The notes beneath the pieces were generated by a model that saw only the letters and a list, made by a program, of their open reading frames with translations, was not told the origin of the DNA and ran no database searches. From an uncultured Gemmatimonadaceae bacterium (lineage in GTDB: Bacteria; Gemmatimonadota; Gemmatimonadetes; Gemmatimonadales; Gemmatimonadaceae), in contig CAWJMB010000002.1 in NCBI GenBank assembly GCA_963843845.1, positions 1,664,001-1,728,000 on the forward strand: 64,000 bases of DNA, written 5' to 3'. Numbering within the stretch: the stretch's first letter is position 1; each line of letters opens with the position of its first letter. Positions 49,459-60,426 of the stretch are shown here, one piece after another. A program made the position numbers and the translations under genes.

Positions 49459-49529
49459 TTGCCCCGCGTGGATTCGAACCACGATCTTCCGGTCCAAAGC
49501 CGGAGGTCCTGCCATTGAACGACGGGGCA
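49459..49529 (-). tRNA. tRNA-Gln (anticodon TTG)
   Basis: Acceptor TGCCCCG/CGGGGCA, anticodon arm TCCGG-CTTTGGA-CCGGA, T-loop GTTCGAATC; typical ispE-tRNAGln-prs context. Confidence 0.95.
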
Positions 49530-49541
49530 GGTGCCGGGAAG

Positions 49542-50489
49542 CTAGTCCTCGATCTCGACCGGAGCAACGCGCTCCGCAGTGCGCGTCGCGACGATCCGCA
49601 GGCCGTCGTCGGCGACGGCATCGTCGGTGGAACGCACGTCGAACGACAGGCCGATCCGCTCCGGCGACGCGAGAAAGACGGTCGCGCCGGACCCGGTCAT
49701 GAGCGAGAAGGGCACGTCGTCTCCGTCGCCCTCCTGCACCTCGGCGTCGACCTGACGCGCGACGTCGGCGAACAGCTCGCGCATCTCGGCGATGTCCGGA
49801 CGGCTGGCGAACACCACCGGCTCGAAGTCGTTCGTCGCGATCAGCGCGACGTCGTCCCAGCGAGCGACGCGCTCGAGATCCCAGACGATCGGGCGCGGGC
49901 CCGTGGCGGGACGCGACCGGGCCGCGTGGGCCTCGAACGCGGCCGCCGTCGACACGCCCTCGCCGAACGTCGCCAGGTGTACGGCGCGCACCGGGAGCGG
50001 GTCGAGCGCGAGCATCCGCTCGCCGCGCCCCCAGGCCAGCGCGCGCGGCAGCTCGGTCGCGAGGAACGGCACGTCGGCGCCGAGCGCGCCGGCGAACGCG
50101 AGCAGGTCGGAGCGGCCTAACGGTTCGGGGGCGAGCGCATTGAGTGCACGGAGGACGGCCCCGGCATCCGCGCTGCCGCCGCCGAGGCCGCCGCCGACGG
50201 GGATGTGCTTCCCGACCTCGATGGCGAAGCCGTCCGGCCAGCGGGTCGCATCGGCGTACGCGACCGCGGCGCGCCAGGCGAGGTTGTGCTCGACTGGTCC
50301 GACGTCGACGTCGCAGTCGAGCGACCGCCCCGCGACGCCGACGCGCACGACGACGTCGTCGGCGAGCTCGAGGCGCTGGAACATCGTCTCGAGCTGGTGA
50401 TACCCGGACGCCTCGCGCGCGAGGACGCGAAGGAAGAGGTTGATCTTCGCCTGTGCGGCGCAGCGAGCAGTACGGTGGATGGACGTCAT
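49542..50489 (-). CDS. ispE: 4-diphosphocytidyl-2-C-methyl-D-erythritol kinase
   Basis: AKINLFL, GYHQLET, KHIPVGGGLGGGSADA, GADVPF, MTGSG. Confidence 0.95.
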   Translation of the reverse strand: MTSIHRTARCAAQAKINLFLRVLAREASGYHQLETMFQRLELADDVVVRVGVAGRSLDCDVDVGPVEHNLAWRAAVAYADATRWPDGFAIEVGKHIPVGGGLGGGSADAGAVLRALNALAPEPLGRSDLLAFAGALGADVPFLATELPRALAWGRGERMLALDPLPVRAVHLATFGEGVSTAAAFEAHAARSRPATGPRPIVWDLERVARWDDVALIATNDFEPVVFASRPDIAEMRELFADVARQVDAEVQEGDGDDVPFSLMTGSGATVFLASPERIGLSFDVRSTDDAVADDGLRIVATRTAERVAPVEIED

Positions 50490-50492
50490 GCG

Positions 50493-51536
50493 TCAGGCAT
50501 CGTGACGTGGGCTCGTACCGGCGCCGCTCGGCGTGGTGCGGCTCGATGCGACGTCGCTCATCGAGAAGCCGAGTCGAGCGAAGTACACGGCGCCGATGAC
50601 CGTGATGGGGATGAACGTCAGGATGTGGTACCCGAGCGCCCAGCTCACGGCGATCGTGTCGGGCACGTCGTATACGCGAAGCGCGAGCTTCGAGCTCAGC
50701 TCGAACTGCCCGAAGAAGCCAGGCGCTCCGGGCAGCACGGACGCGAACGAGCTGATGCCGTTGAGCAGGAGCGCGGCGCCGAAGGGCAGGCGGATGTCCA
50801 TCGCGAAGAACGCGATCCAGATCGACAGCACCTGGACGACCCAGTGCACGACCGTCCACGCGAAGACGGCGGCGAAGCGTCGCGGGTGGCGCAGCACGCT
50901 CAGCCCGTCGGCGAACGCGCCCAGCGCCTCCGCGCCGCGCCGCTCGACGCTCGGTGCCACGCGGCGGCTGACCAGCTCGAACACTCGGATGATGCGCGCC
51001 GGGAAGAAGACGAGCGCGTAGAGCACACCGAGCAGCCCGGCGACGCCGACGACGCCGGCCCGTGCGATCGCGTCGAGCGGCAGCGCGCGGGTGTTCGCGT
51101 TCTGCGGCAACGAGGCGTCGAGCAGCGGCGCGAAGGTGAACAGGAGCAGCACCACCGCGTCGAAGACACGGTCCACCGCGAGCGACGCGAGCGCCGCCGG
51201 AAACGAGACGTCAGGCACCTCGCGCGACAGCGCGTACGCCCGCGCGGGTTCGCCGGCGCGCACCGGGAGCACGTTGTTCGCCATCATGCCGATGCACGTC
51301 GCCCGCCACAGCGGACCGTAGGCGACGCGCCCGGCGACCGGCTCGAGGATCGTGCGCCACCGGAGTGCGCGGAGGGGGAAGATTCCCATGCACACGACCG
51401 TCGCGAGCAGGAACAGAGGAACGTTCGACCCGCGCAGCGCCTGCCAGATCGCCGTCGCGCTCTCTCCGCGCAACGTCCACCACAGCAGAGCGCCGCTCAG
51501 CGCGAGGCCGAGCGCGCTCTTCCAATCGAACTTCAT
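50493..51536 (-). CDS. Lysylphosphatidylglycerol-synthase TM / UPF0104 flippase-like membrane protein
   Basis: RALRWRTIL, NNVLPVRAGEPAR, DRVFD, PGFFGQFE. Confidence 0.85.
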   Translation of the reverse strand: MKFDWKSALGLALSGALLWWTLRGESATAIWQALRGSNVPLFLLATVVCMGIFPLRALRWRTILEPVAGRVAYGPLWRATCIGMMANNVLPVRAGEPARAYALSREVPDVSFPAALASLAVDRVFDAVVLLLFTFAPLLDASLPQNANTRALPLDAIARAGVVGVAGLLGVLYALVFFPARIIRVFELVSRRVAPSVERRGAEALGAFADGLSVLRHPRRFAAVFAWTVVHWVVQVLSIWIAFFAMDIRLPFGAALLLNGISSFASVLPGAPGFFGQFELSSKLALRVYDVPDTIAVSWALGYHILTFIPITVIGAVYFARLGFSMSDVASSRTTPSGAGTSPRHDA

Positions 51537-52918
51537 GCGTGCGTCGGCTCGTCGAGGGCGGCGAGATCGACCAGGTCGTAGAGCTCCGCGAGCAGGATCG
51601 GGTCGGGAGCGGGCGAGCGGCGGAGCGCGTCGCGTACTTCCTTCGCGCGCTCGAGCGCGGCGGCGCCCCGGTAGAGGAAGTCGTCGATCGAGGGGAGCGC
51701 CGATTCGTCAGGCACCGAGTCGCGCTCGGCCGCCGGCGGACCGTCGGCGAGGTCGGCCGGTGCGCCCGCTGCCTCGCCCGGCCGTTCGGTCGCGTCGACC
51801 AGCCCGAAGCCGTCCACGTTCGACAGGCTCGTCTCGATCAACGCGGCGAGCGCGTGGCCACTCGCGGGCGCCACGTCGCTCCTCGTCTCGGGTTCGGCGA
51901 CCGCGTCCGGAGCGGGAGCCGGAGCCGGCGCCACCGGCGCCACCGGCGCGGCGGCCGCCGGCGCGGCCTCGGTCGCGCGCGCGGGAGGGATCGCATCGAT
52001 CGGCGCCGTCGGCGTCGAGCGCGTCCACGTGACGCCGGCGCTCTCGACGAGCGCGTGGGCCGCGCCGTCGACGACCTCGAGCGCGCGTGCGTCGAGGCGT
52101 GCGAGCGCGTCGGCACGCGCGTTCGCGAAGTTGACGACGGGCGTGATGCCGTAGCTCGCGGCCAGCTCGCCGAGGTCCGCGAGCGCCGCGCGCAGGTCGG
52201 CGCCGATCGTACGCTGCGCGCCGTCGTCGGTGCCGCTCGCGCGCGCCTCGCCGATCAGCCGACGCAGCGACGACGCGAGTGGAACGGCCGCCTGTCGGAA
52301 GCGGAGATCCGCCGTGATCCGCGGCTGCGGATCGCGGTGCACGACGTGCGGGCCGTCGTCGTCGTAGTAGAGTCGCGCGATCGGCACCACGCCCGCCGTG
52401 CCCGCGCGGCCGTCATCCGCTCCGCGCGAGGCCGTCGCCGCACTCGATGCGGTGCTCGCCGAGGGGCCGACGGTCGCAGCAGGCGCGGCAGGCGTGCCGG
52501 GTGCCGCAGGCGCGTCCGACGGAACGATCCGCCGCAGTTCGTCGACGAGCCTCTGCGCGCGCGCCGTGTCCGCGGCGCCCGGGCTCCGAACGGTGCGCAC
52601 CAGCGCCTTCCCCCCGTCGAGCGCCGCGACGATCGCGTCGCTGACGTGCGGCACCCACGCGATCGACCGGTCGCGAACCCCGATCGCGATGCGCTCCATC
52701 GCGCTGGCCAGCTCCGCGATCGCCTGCTGCCGGGCCATCGTCGCGGCGCCACGCAACCCGCGCGTCAGTCGCACGAACGACTCGGCGTCCGGTCCGCGCG
52801 GACCCTCGCCGCCGCAGTGTGCGAGCGTCGCGTCGAGCTGACCCAGCAGCTCGTTCGCCTCGATCGCGAAGAAGTCGACGGCCGCGCTCGTGCCGCGCGG
52901 ATCGTGCGGCGCGGTCAC
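51533..52918 (-). CDS. Hpt-like (CheA P1-like) helical protein lacking the phospho-His
   Basis: [41 protein letters not shown] overlaps the pdxJ stop. Confidence 0.6.
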   Translation of the reverse strand: MTAPHDPRGTSAAVDFFAIEANELLGQLDATLAHCGGEGPRGPDAESFVRLTRGLRGAATMARQQAIAELASAMERIAIGVRDRSIAWVPHVSDAIVAALDGGKALVRTVRSPGAADTARAQRLVDELRRIVPSDAPAAPGTPAAPAATVGPSASTASSAATASRGADDGRAGTAGVVPIARLYYDDDGPHVVHRDPQPRITADLRFRQAAVPLASSLRRLIGEARASGTDDGAQRTIGADLRAALADLGELAASYGITPVVNFANARADALARLDARALEVVDGAAHALVESAGVTWTRSTPTAPIDAIPPARATEAAPAAAAPVAPVAPAPAPAPDAVAEPETRSDVAPASGHALAALIETSLSNVDGFGLVDATERPGEAAGAPADLADGPPAAERDSVPDESALPSIDDFLYRGAAALERAKEVRDALRRSPAPDPILLAELYDLVDLAALDEPTHA

Positions 52919-53688
52919 GGCCGTGCGGGGCTCGCGTGGAGTGACCCTCGCGCCGTGTCCATGGCCGCGCGGATCTCGCGCACGCTCGCGGCGAGGCCGA
53001 CGAAGACGGCGCGGCTCACGATGGAGTGGCCGATGTTCAACTCCTCGATCTCCGGAATCGCGGCGACGGGCCCGACGTTCCGCACGGTCAGGCCGTGGCC
53101 CGCGTGCACGGCGAGTCCGAGCGACGCGCCGAGCCGCGACGCGGCGTCGAGCGCGCCGAGCGGTTCGGGATCGTCCGGGTGGTGCGCATAGCGTCCCGTG
53201 TGCAGCTCGATCGCGTCGGCGCCGAGGTCGCACGAGCGGCGTACGGTCGTCTCGTCGGCATCGATGAACAGACTCGTGCGGATGCCCGCGCGTTTCAGCG
53301 CCTCGAGCAACTCGGCCAGTCGGGTCGCATCACGAGAGACGTCCAGGCCCCCCTCGGTCGTGATCTCCTCGCGCCGCTCGGGAACGATCGTCACCTCGTA
53401 GGGCCGGAGCTGGAGCGCGACGTCGCGCATCTCCGCGGTCGCCGCCATCTCCAGATTGAGCGCCGTGCGGACCGATGTGGCGAGGGCGGCGACATCCGCG
53501 TCCTGCACGTGGCGGCGATCCTCCCGCAGGTGCGCGGTGATGCCGTCGGCGCCGGCATCCTCGCACAGCCGCGCGGCCTCGGCCGGGTCGGGCTCGTCGG
53601 TCCGGCGCGCCTGCCGCAGCGTGGCGACGTGATCGATGTTGACGTAGAGGCGCTGATGGCGCGCGACGAAGCGACCGTCGTCGGTCAT
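52915..53688 (-). CDS. pdxJ: Pyridoxine 5'-phosphate synthase
   Basis: [46 protein letters not shown]. Confidence 0.97.
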   Translation of the reverse strand: MTDDGRFVARHQRLYVNIDHVATLRQARRTDEPDPAEAARLCEDAGADGITAHLREDRRHVQDADVAALATSVRTALNLEMAATAEMRDVALQLRPYEVTIVPERREEITTEGGLDVSRDATRLAELLEALKRAGIRTSLFIDADETTVRRSCDLGADAIELHTGRYAHHPDDPEPLGALDAASRLGASLGLAVHAGHGLTVRNVGPVAAIPEIEELNIGHSIVSRAVFVGLAASVREIRAAMDTARGSLHASPARP

Positions 53689-53784
53689 GATTGGAAAGGC
53701 GGGACGAACGCGAAAGTCGGGTGCTGGCGGGTCGCGCTAGCTTACGCGTGGCAGGCAACGATCGTCGACAACCTCGGAGCGAGC

Positions 53785-54225
53785 GTGCGTAAGATAGTCG
53801 CCCACATGATGATAGCGGCCATGGCCGCGCTCGCCGCGAGCTGCCGGTCGGCACCGGCGGGGAGCGCGGCCGGGGCGCTCACGGCGTCGGCCGCGGTGCA
53901 GCAGTTCCTCGCCGCCGCCCAAGCGTCGAACGTCACGGCGATGTCGCAGCTGTTCGGCACGGCGAGCGGGCCGATCACGACGCGCGAGTCGGCGAACGAT
54001 GTCGAGAAGCGGATGCGCGCGTTGCAGTGCTACCTCACGCACGACTCGGCGCGGCTGGTCGACGACCTGCCGGGGACGGGCGCGACGCGAAACGTCACGG
54101 TGGAGCTGACGAGCAGAACGCTCACCCGTCGCACGGTGTTCACGACGGTCCCCGGGCCGCGTCAGCGGTGGTTCGTGAGCGCATTCGACATCCAGCGTCT
54201 GACCGATCTCTGCCGCCCCGGCTGA
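53785..54225 (+). CDS. Hypothetical lipoprotein
   Basis: Signal peptide ending AASC; AVQQFLAAA...WFV pattern suggests an NTF2-like fold. Confidence 0.6.
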   Translation: MRKIVAHMMIAAMAALAASCRSAPAGSAAGALTASAAVQQFLAAAQASNVTAMSQLFGTASGPITTRESANDVEKRMRALQCYLTHDSARLVDDLPGTGATRNVTVELTSRTLTRRTVFTTVPGPRQRWFVSAFDIQRLTDLCRPG

Positions 54226-54265
54226 GCCGCGCCCGGCGTCGCCGGTCCCGGGCTCGGCGCGGTCG

Positions 54266-54706
54266 CTAATGTTCGGACAGCTCGACGAGCACCCCTGCGG
54301 TCACGCTCGGATGGAGAAACGCGATGCGTTTTCCTTCGGCGCCGATGCGGGGGTGCTCGTCGATCAGGCGAAGACCGGCGCGGCGACAGCGGTCGAGCGT
54401 CGCGTCGAGGTCGTCCACGGCGAAGCAGATGTGGTGGATGCCAGGGCCGCGCTTCGCGACGAACTTCCCGATCGGCGAGGTCTCGTCGGCCGCCTCGAGC
54501 AGCTCGACGAGCGGATCGCCCGCCGCGTCGCCGGCGACGAGGCCGACGATGCGCGCGCCGTCGGCGTCGTCGAGGGGCGTCTCCGGCATGCCGAGCACGT
54601 CGCGATAGAACGGCACGATCTCGTGCAGCGAGCGGACGGCGATGCCGACGTGCGCGATGCGAGTGCCGCGGTCGCGCTTGTCGTGCGGGGTAGACTGGTC
54701 TGGCAT
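54266..54706 (-). CDS. mce: Methylmalonyl-CoA epimerase (VOC family)
   Basis: HVGIAV, VELLE, SPIGKFVAKRGPGIHHI, AFLHPS..GVLVEL. Confidence 0.88.
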   Translation of the reverse strand: MPDQSTPHDKRDRGTRIAHVGIAVRSLHEIVPFYRDVLGMPETPLDDADGARIVGLVAGDAAGDPLVELLEAADETSPIGKFVAKRGPGIHHICFAVDDLDATLDRCRRAGLRLIDEHPRIGAEGKRIAFLHPSVTAGVLVELSEH

Positions 54707-54808
54707 GAGGTTGGCGCTCTGATTCGTCAGGCGCACCGCGCATCCGGTCGGTGCGGGAGCGACAACTTACTCACGGAACAGAGCGGCGAGCACGCCGCGG
54801 GGGATGGT

Positions 54809-55132
54809 ATGGCGAACGTGACTGCAGTGACCGACGCGACGTGGCAGCAGGAGATCGAGCAGCATGACGGGCTCGCGGTCGTGGACTTCTGGGCGACGTG
54901 GTGCGGCCCGTGCCGCATGATCGCGCCGATCGTCGATCAGCTCGCGAGCGAGTACGATGGCAAGGCCAAAGTCATGAAGCTCGACGTCGACAACAACCAG
55001 ACGACGGCGATGAAGTTCAACATCCGCTCGATCCCGCAGATCCTGTTCTTCAAGGGGGGCAAGGTCGTCGACACCATCGTCGGCGCGGTGCCGCGGACGG
55101 CGCTCGAAGCGAAGTTCAAGCAGCACGCGTGA
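54809..55132 (+). CDS. trxA: Thioredoxin
   Basis: DFWATWCGPCRMIAP, IRSIP. Confidence 0.96.
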   Translation: MANVTAVTDATWQQEIEQHDGLAVVDFWATWCGPCRMIAPIVDQLASEYDGKAKVMKLDVDNNQTTAMKFNIRSIPQILFFKGGKVVDTIVGAVPRTALEAKFKQHA

Positions 55133-55137
55133 GAGAG

Positions 55138-55218
55138 GCCGGAGATCGGGGTTCGGGGATCGGAGATCGCCACGACGGTCGTGGAGCGGATCCCGATCCC
55201 CGATCCCCGGTTCCCGGC
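55138..55218. repeat. Inverted array of heptamer repeats (CGGGGAT / ATCCCCG) forming a long imperfect hairpin
   Basis: CGGAGAT CGGGGTT CGGGGAT CGGAGAT ... GATCCC GATCCCC GATCCCC GGTTCCC. Confidence 0.65.
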
Positions 55219-56049
55219 ATTCTCTACATCGTCAGCACTCCCATCGGCCACCTCGGCGACGTCTCGCGTCGGGCGGTCGAGACGCTGAGCGCCGTCAGCG
55301 CGGTGCTCGCGGAGGACACGCGCCACTCGCGGCGGTTGCTCGACGCGTACGAGGTGCGCACGCCGACGCTGGCGTATCACGAGCACAACGAGGCGCGCGC
55401 CACGCCGGCGCTCGTCGCGCGCCTCGTCGCCGGGGAGAGCTTGGCGCTCGTCTCGGACGCCGGCACGCCGCTGCTCTCGGATCCGGGCGCGAGGCTCGTC
55501 GCGGCGGCGATCGACGCCGGGATCGTGGTCTCGCCCGTGCCCGGCGCGTCCGCGCTGCTCGCCGCGCTCGTCGCGAGCGGGCTCGACGCGACCCGCTTCA
55601 CCTTTCTCGGCTTCCTCGCGCGCAAGGGGCGCGAACGCGGCGACGCCATCGCGGACATCGTCGCGGCGCGACACACGATGGTGGTCTACGAGGCGCCCGG
55701 ACGGGTCGCCGGCACGCTCGGTCGATCTCGCCGCGGCAGGGGCCGGGGCGCGCCGCGCGGTCGTCGCGCGCGAACTGACGAAGGCGTTCGAGGAGGTGCG
55801 CCGCGGAACGGTCGACGCCCTCGCCGCGTATTACGCGGAGCACCCGCCACGCGGCGAGGTCGTGCTCGTCGTCGAGGGCGCGACGGCGGCGCGCGACGTC
55901 GATGCGTCGACTGTACACGCCCGCGCGACGGCGTTGCGGGCCGGCGGGTCGTCCGCGCGTGACGCGGCGCAGGCGCTCGTCGCGGAGTTCGGCATCGGTC
56001 GGAACGAGGCGTATCGGATCGTCGCAGACGCTCGAGCGACGGGCAGTAA
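55181..56049 (+). CDS. rsmI: 16S rRNA C1402 2'-O-methyltransferase (frameshifted; ends approximate)
   Basis: LYIVSTPIGHLGD, AEDTR, VSDAGTPLLSDPG, YEAPGR, RELTK.FEE, RGEVVLVV. Confidence 0.9.
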
Positions 56050-56065
56050 CTCTTCACGAGGCGGC

Positions 56066-56766
56066 ATGCGGAACGCGAATCGAACGTGGCGGCGCGCCGC
56101 ACGATGGGCCGTGCTGGTCGATCACCTGCACCATCGCGACGGCGATGACCGTGCGCGCCGAAGCTGACGATCGGCGCGCCTGCAGTACGAGGGCGGCGGC
56201 GACTGGTACGCGAATCCGTCGAGCCTGCCGAACTTGTTGAGCGCGATCCGCGAGCGGACGGCGCTCCCTGTCGAGAAGGAGGAGGCGCGCGTCCGGCTGA
56301 CCGACGAGCGACTCTGGGACTACCCGTACCTGCACCTCACCGGCCACGGCAACATCCGCTTCTCGGACGCCGAACTGGTGCGGCTGCGCGACTACGTGGC
56401 GCGCGGCGGGTTCCTGCACGCGGACGACAACTACGGCCTCGACGAGAGCTTTCGCCGCGAGATGGCGCGCGCATTCCCCGACCGGCCGCTCGTCGAGGTC
56501 CCGCTCTCGCACCCGATCTACCACGCCGTCTACGACTTCCCGCGCGGGCTGCCGAAGGTCCACGAGCACGACGGCAAGCCGCCGCGCGGGTACGGCATCT
56601 TCATCGGGAATCGGCTCGCGGTGTTCTACACTCGTCGAGTGCGATCTGGGGAACGGATGGGAGGATCGTCGGGACGTACCCGAGCGATCCGCCCGCGGTC
56701 GCACGAGAATGCGCTGCGGATGGGCGTGAACCTGTTCGTCTACGCCGTCACGAGCCGCATCGGTGA
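56066..56766 (+). CDS. DUF4159 domain protein (frameshifted; ends approximate)
   Basis: YEGGGDWYANPSSLPNL, YPYLHLTGHG, GGFLHADDNYG, ALRMGVN. Confidence 0.8.
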
Positions 56767-56785
56767 CGCCTTCCTCCACGCAACG

Positions 56786-59700
56786 ATGACCGTCGGCGAG
56801 CTGGTCGATGCGTGAGCAGCGTCGGCTGCGCGCGCGATTGCTCGTGGGGGCGGCGGCGACGCGGCGTCGCGGCCGCCGCCGTTCTCCTCGGCGCTGGGGT
56901 GCTCGCTACTCGCGAACGCGCGCTGGCTCGCGCTGCCGCGCGCGCTGCCGACGCTCGTGTGGCTGATCGTGGCGGCCGCCGCCGCGGCGGTCGCGCTGCG
57001 TCGTGCGACGCGCGTTCGGCCGCCAGGCGACGACGGCGAGCGTCGCGTCGGCGATCGAGCACGAGCGGTCGCTACGGACCGGCGAGTTGCGCGGCGCGCT
57101 CGAGATCGGCGGCCAGGGCGCGTTGGGCGCTCTCGCCGCGCAGGCGACGGCCGAGCGGCGTGCGTCGGAGCGCGCCGAGCCATGCACTGGCGCCGGCGCT
57201 CCAGCGCCGTGCGGCGCGCCGCGCGCTCACCTCAGGCGGCGTGGCCGCCGCGGCGGTCGGGGCGCTCGTCGCGATCGCCGTCGTCGCGCGCGACGGCGCG
57301 GCCGCGCTGCTGCACCCGGCCGACGCCTGGCGCGGAACGCTGCTCGCGCCGCTGCGCTTCGAAGGAATGCCGCATGCCATTCTGCGTGGCGAGCGGCTGC
57401 GGGTACGCGTGCAGGCGCCCGGGCGGCGGTGGGTGCGCGTCGCGCGTCGCACGACCGGTCAGCCCTGGCGCCTCGACGAGGTGCGGGTCGACGCGCAGGG
57501 GATCGCGACGATGGACGCCGGGCTCGTCGACGCCGACCTGGTGATCGCCGCGAGCGACGGTCGCACGACGACGGACACGGCACACGTGGCGGTCGCCGAT
57601 CGCGCGTTCGTCGGCGACGTCGCGATCCGCGCGGAGTACCCGACCTACCTCGGCCGCGCAGCGGAATCGTTGTCGGCCGCCGAGCCGGTGCGCGTGCCGC
57701 GTGGCACGGTGCTGCTGGTGAGTGGACGCGCCTCGACGGCGCTACGCGACGTCGTGCTCTCCGCGGGGGCGCACACCGTCCGCCTCACCGCGACGGGGCA
57801 TACGTTCGCCGGACGGCTGGTCGCGGAGTCCAGCGGGCGGTGGACGTGGCAGGCCCTCGGCGCGTCGGGGCCGCTGGGCGACGGTGCCGGACGCGGTCGA
57901 GCTCGACGGTGCTCGCGGACTCGTCGCCGCGCGCCGAGATCGTGACGCCGACGGCGGACAGCACGGTCGACGGGCTCGCGCCGGTGTCGCTCTCGCTCGC
58001 GGCGAGCGACGACCACGGACTCGCGAGCGTGACGCTCCGCGTGTGGCGCGAGCGCGCCGACGGCACGCGCGAGGCGGCGACCGACACGCGGCTCGCCGGT
58101 GCGGGTCCCCTCTGGTCGGGGGAGGCGACGGTAGATCTCGCGGCGCGCAAGATGGCGCCGGGCGACAAGCTGCATCTGCAGGCCGTGGCGATCGACGCGT
58201 CGCCATGGCGCCAGACGGGAACGAGCCGAGACCTCGTGCTGCGCGTGCCGTCGACGAGCGAGCTCCGGGCGCAGGCGCGCGCGGCCGCCGACTCCGCCGT
58301 GGCACGAGCGACGGCCGCGGCGCAGGCGCAACGCGAGCTGGCGCAACGCACCAGTGACGCGGCGCGGTCGCGCGAGCAGGGCACGAAGGAGGATCCGAAC
58401 AGCTTCCAGGGCACGAAAGCGGGGAGCGGCGGCGAGAAGGCGATGAGCTACTCGGCTGCCGAGCGGGCGAAGGGACTCGCGCAGGAGCAGCGGCAGCTCT
58501 CGAACCGCGTGCAGTCGCTGCAGGAGCAGGCGAAGACGCTCGAGCGGCAGCTCAAACAGGCAGGTGCGCTCGACAGCGCGCTGGCCGGTCAGCTCGCGGA
58601 CGTGCAGCGCCTGTTGAAGGAGGCGCTCACCCCGGAGCTGGCGCAGCAGCTCCAGTCGCTCGAGCAGAACGCGGGCAAGCTGTCTGGTGGTCAGGCGCAG
58701 CAGTCGCTCGAGCAACTCGCGGCGCAGCAGCGCGCCTTGCGGCAGCAGCTGGAGAAGAGCGTCGACATGCTGAAGCGCGCGGCGCTCGAGGGGTCGATGC
58801 AGACGCTCCGTGACGAGGCGCGCGACCTCGCGTCCGCGCAGAAGCAGGAGGCGGCGCGACCCGGCGGCGGTCAGGAGCGAGCCGGCCAGCAGCAGAACGG
58901 CCAGCAGCAGAACGGCCAGCAGCAGAACGGCCAGCCGCAGAACGGCCAGCAGCAGGGCGCGCAGCCGTCGCGCGACGCGGAGCAGCAGCAGTCGTCTGCC
59001 GAGCGCGCGAAGGAGCTGGCCGAACGGTCGCGCGCGCTCACGAAGGACGTCGAGCAGCTCACCAAGCGACTCCGTGAGGAGAAAGCCGACGCCGGAGCGC
59101 AACGGGCCGCCGAAGCCGCACGCCATGCTGACGAAGCAGCCGACGCGATGGAGCGCGCTGCGCGGAGAAGGCGCGCGACGCGGCGAGATCGGAGCCGCCT
59201 AACGGTTCGCAGCGCGGCGAGCGACAGAGTGGGCAGCCGCAGACTGGGCAGCAGCAGGGCGGCCGCAGGCAGCAGGGCGGCCAGCAGCAGGGCGGCCAGC
59301 AGCAGGGCGGCCAGCAGCAGGGCGGTGAGCGTCAGAGCGGCCAGCGCCAGCAGGGTGCCTCGCCCGACGGCGCGCGCGCGGCAGAGCAGGCTGCGAACGA
59401 GATGCAGCAGGCCGCCGACCAGCTCGCGCAGGCGCGGCAGAGTCAGATCGATGCCTGGAAGAACGAGCTCGGCGGCGAGCTCGATCGCGCGATCCAGGAG
59501 ACGATGCAGATGGCCCGCGAGCAGGGCGCGGTGGAGCAGCAGGCGCGGAGCGGCGCCGACGCGCAGAGCGTGCGCTCCGCACAGAGCGCCGTGCAGCAGG
59601 GCGTCGAGCAGACGGCGCAGCGGCTCGACCAGGCCGGCAAGAAGTCGTCGCTTCTCTCGCAGCGCGCACAGCGCGCGCTCGACGACGCCCAGCAGCAGGT

Positions 59701-60426
59701 GTCGGAGGCGACGCGCGCTGCCCAGCAGCAGGGCACGCCGCAGGGAGGCCAGAGCGGCGATGCGTCTCGCACGTCGAACGCGATGAAGGAAGCGGGCGAG
59801 GCGCTGAACCGCGCCGCGGCGTCGCTCGTGCGCGACCGCGAGCGGGTGAACGGCGCGCAGTCCGCGTCGGGCTTCGAGGACATGATCCAGCAGATGAAGG
59901 AGCTGGCGAAGCAGCAGGGGCAGATCAACTCGCAGGCGTCGGGTCTGCCGATGCCTGGCCAGCAGGGCGGGGAGTCGTCGCGCGACGCCGCACGTCAGCT
60001 CGCCAAGCAACAGCGCGGCGTCGCCGACAAGCTCGAGGAGCTCGGCGACGGCGACCCGTCGGGGCGGAGCGACGCGCTCGCGAAAGAGGCGCGGCAGCTC
60101 GCGCAGCAGCTCGACCGCGCGGGAGCGGACCCGTTGACGGCGCAGCGGCAGCAGCAGCTCTACCGGCGACTGCTCGACGCCGGCCGCACGCTCGAGCAGA
60201 ACGAGCGCGACGAGAGCGGCAAACGCGAGGCGAAGTCGGGGACCGGTGTCGACGGTGTCGCCCCCGCGAGCGGCGCCGCGAACGGGCGCAGCGCGACGAA
60301 GTATCGAGCGCCGGACTGGACGCAGCTCCGCGGCCTCTCCGCCGACGAGCGCCGCCTCGTGCTCGAGTACTTCCGCCGACTGAACGGGGGACTGCGCCGA
60401 CGCCGCCGACGCCGCCGACGCCGTGA
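56786..60426 (+). CDS. Large DUF4175-like protein: N-terminal TM helices, Ig-like domains and a Gln-rich coiled coil (frameshifted)
   Basis: EYPTYLGR, ASDDHGL, very long Q/E/A coiled coil, C-terminal LVLEYFRRLN. Confidence 0.7.
58883..58936 (+). repeat. 15-bp tandem repeat encoding GQQQN
   Basis: GGCCAGCAGCAGAAC-like unit x3-4; related Gly/Gln repeats at about 59250-59325. Confidence 0.8.

Noticed and set aside
55796..56815. RsmI-DUF4159 and DUF4159-DUF4175 in-frame read-throughs
   Set aside because: Plausible stops (56047, 56764) lie one frame off in an indel-rich block
58883..59325. Short direct repeats as a CRISPR-like array
   Set aside because: They are coding Gly/Gln microrepeats without unique spacers, and there are no cas genes
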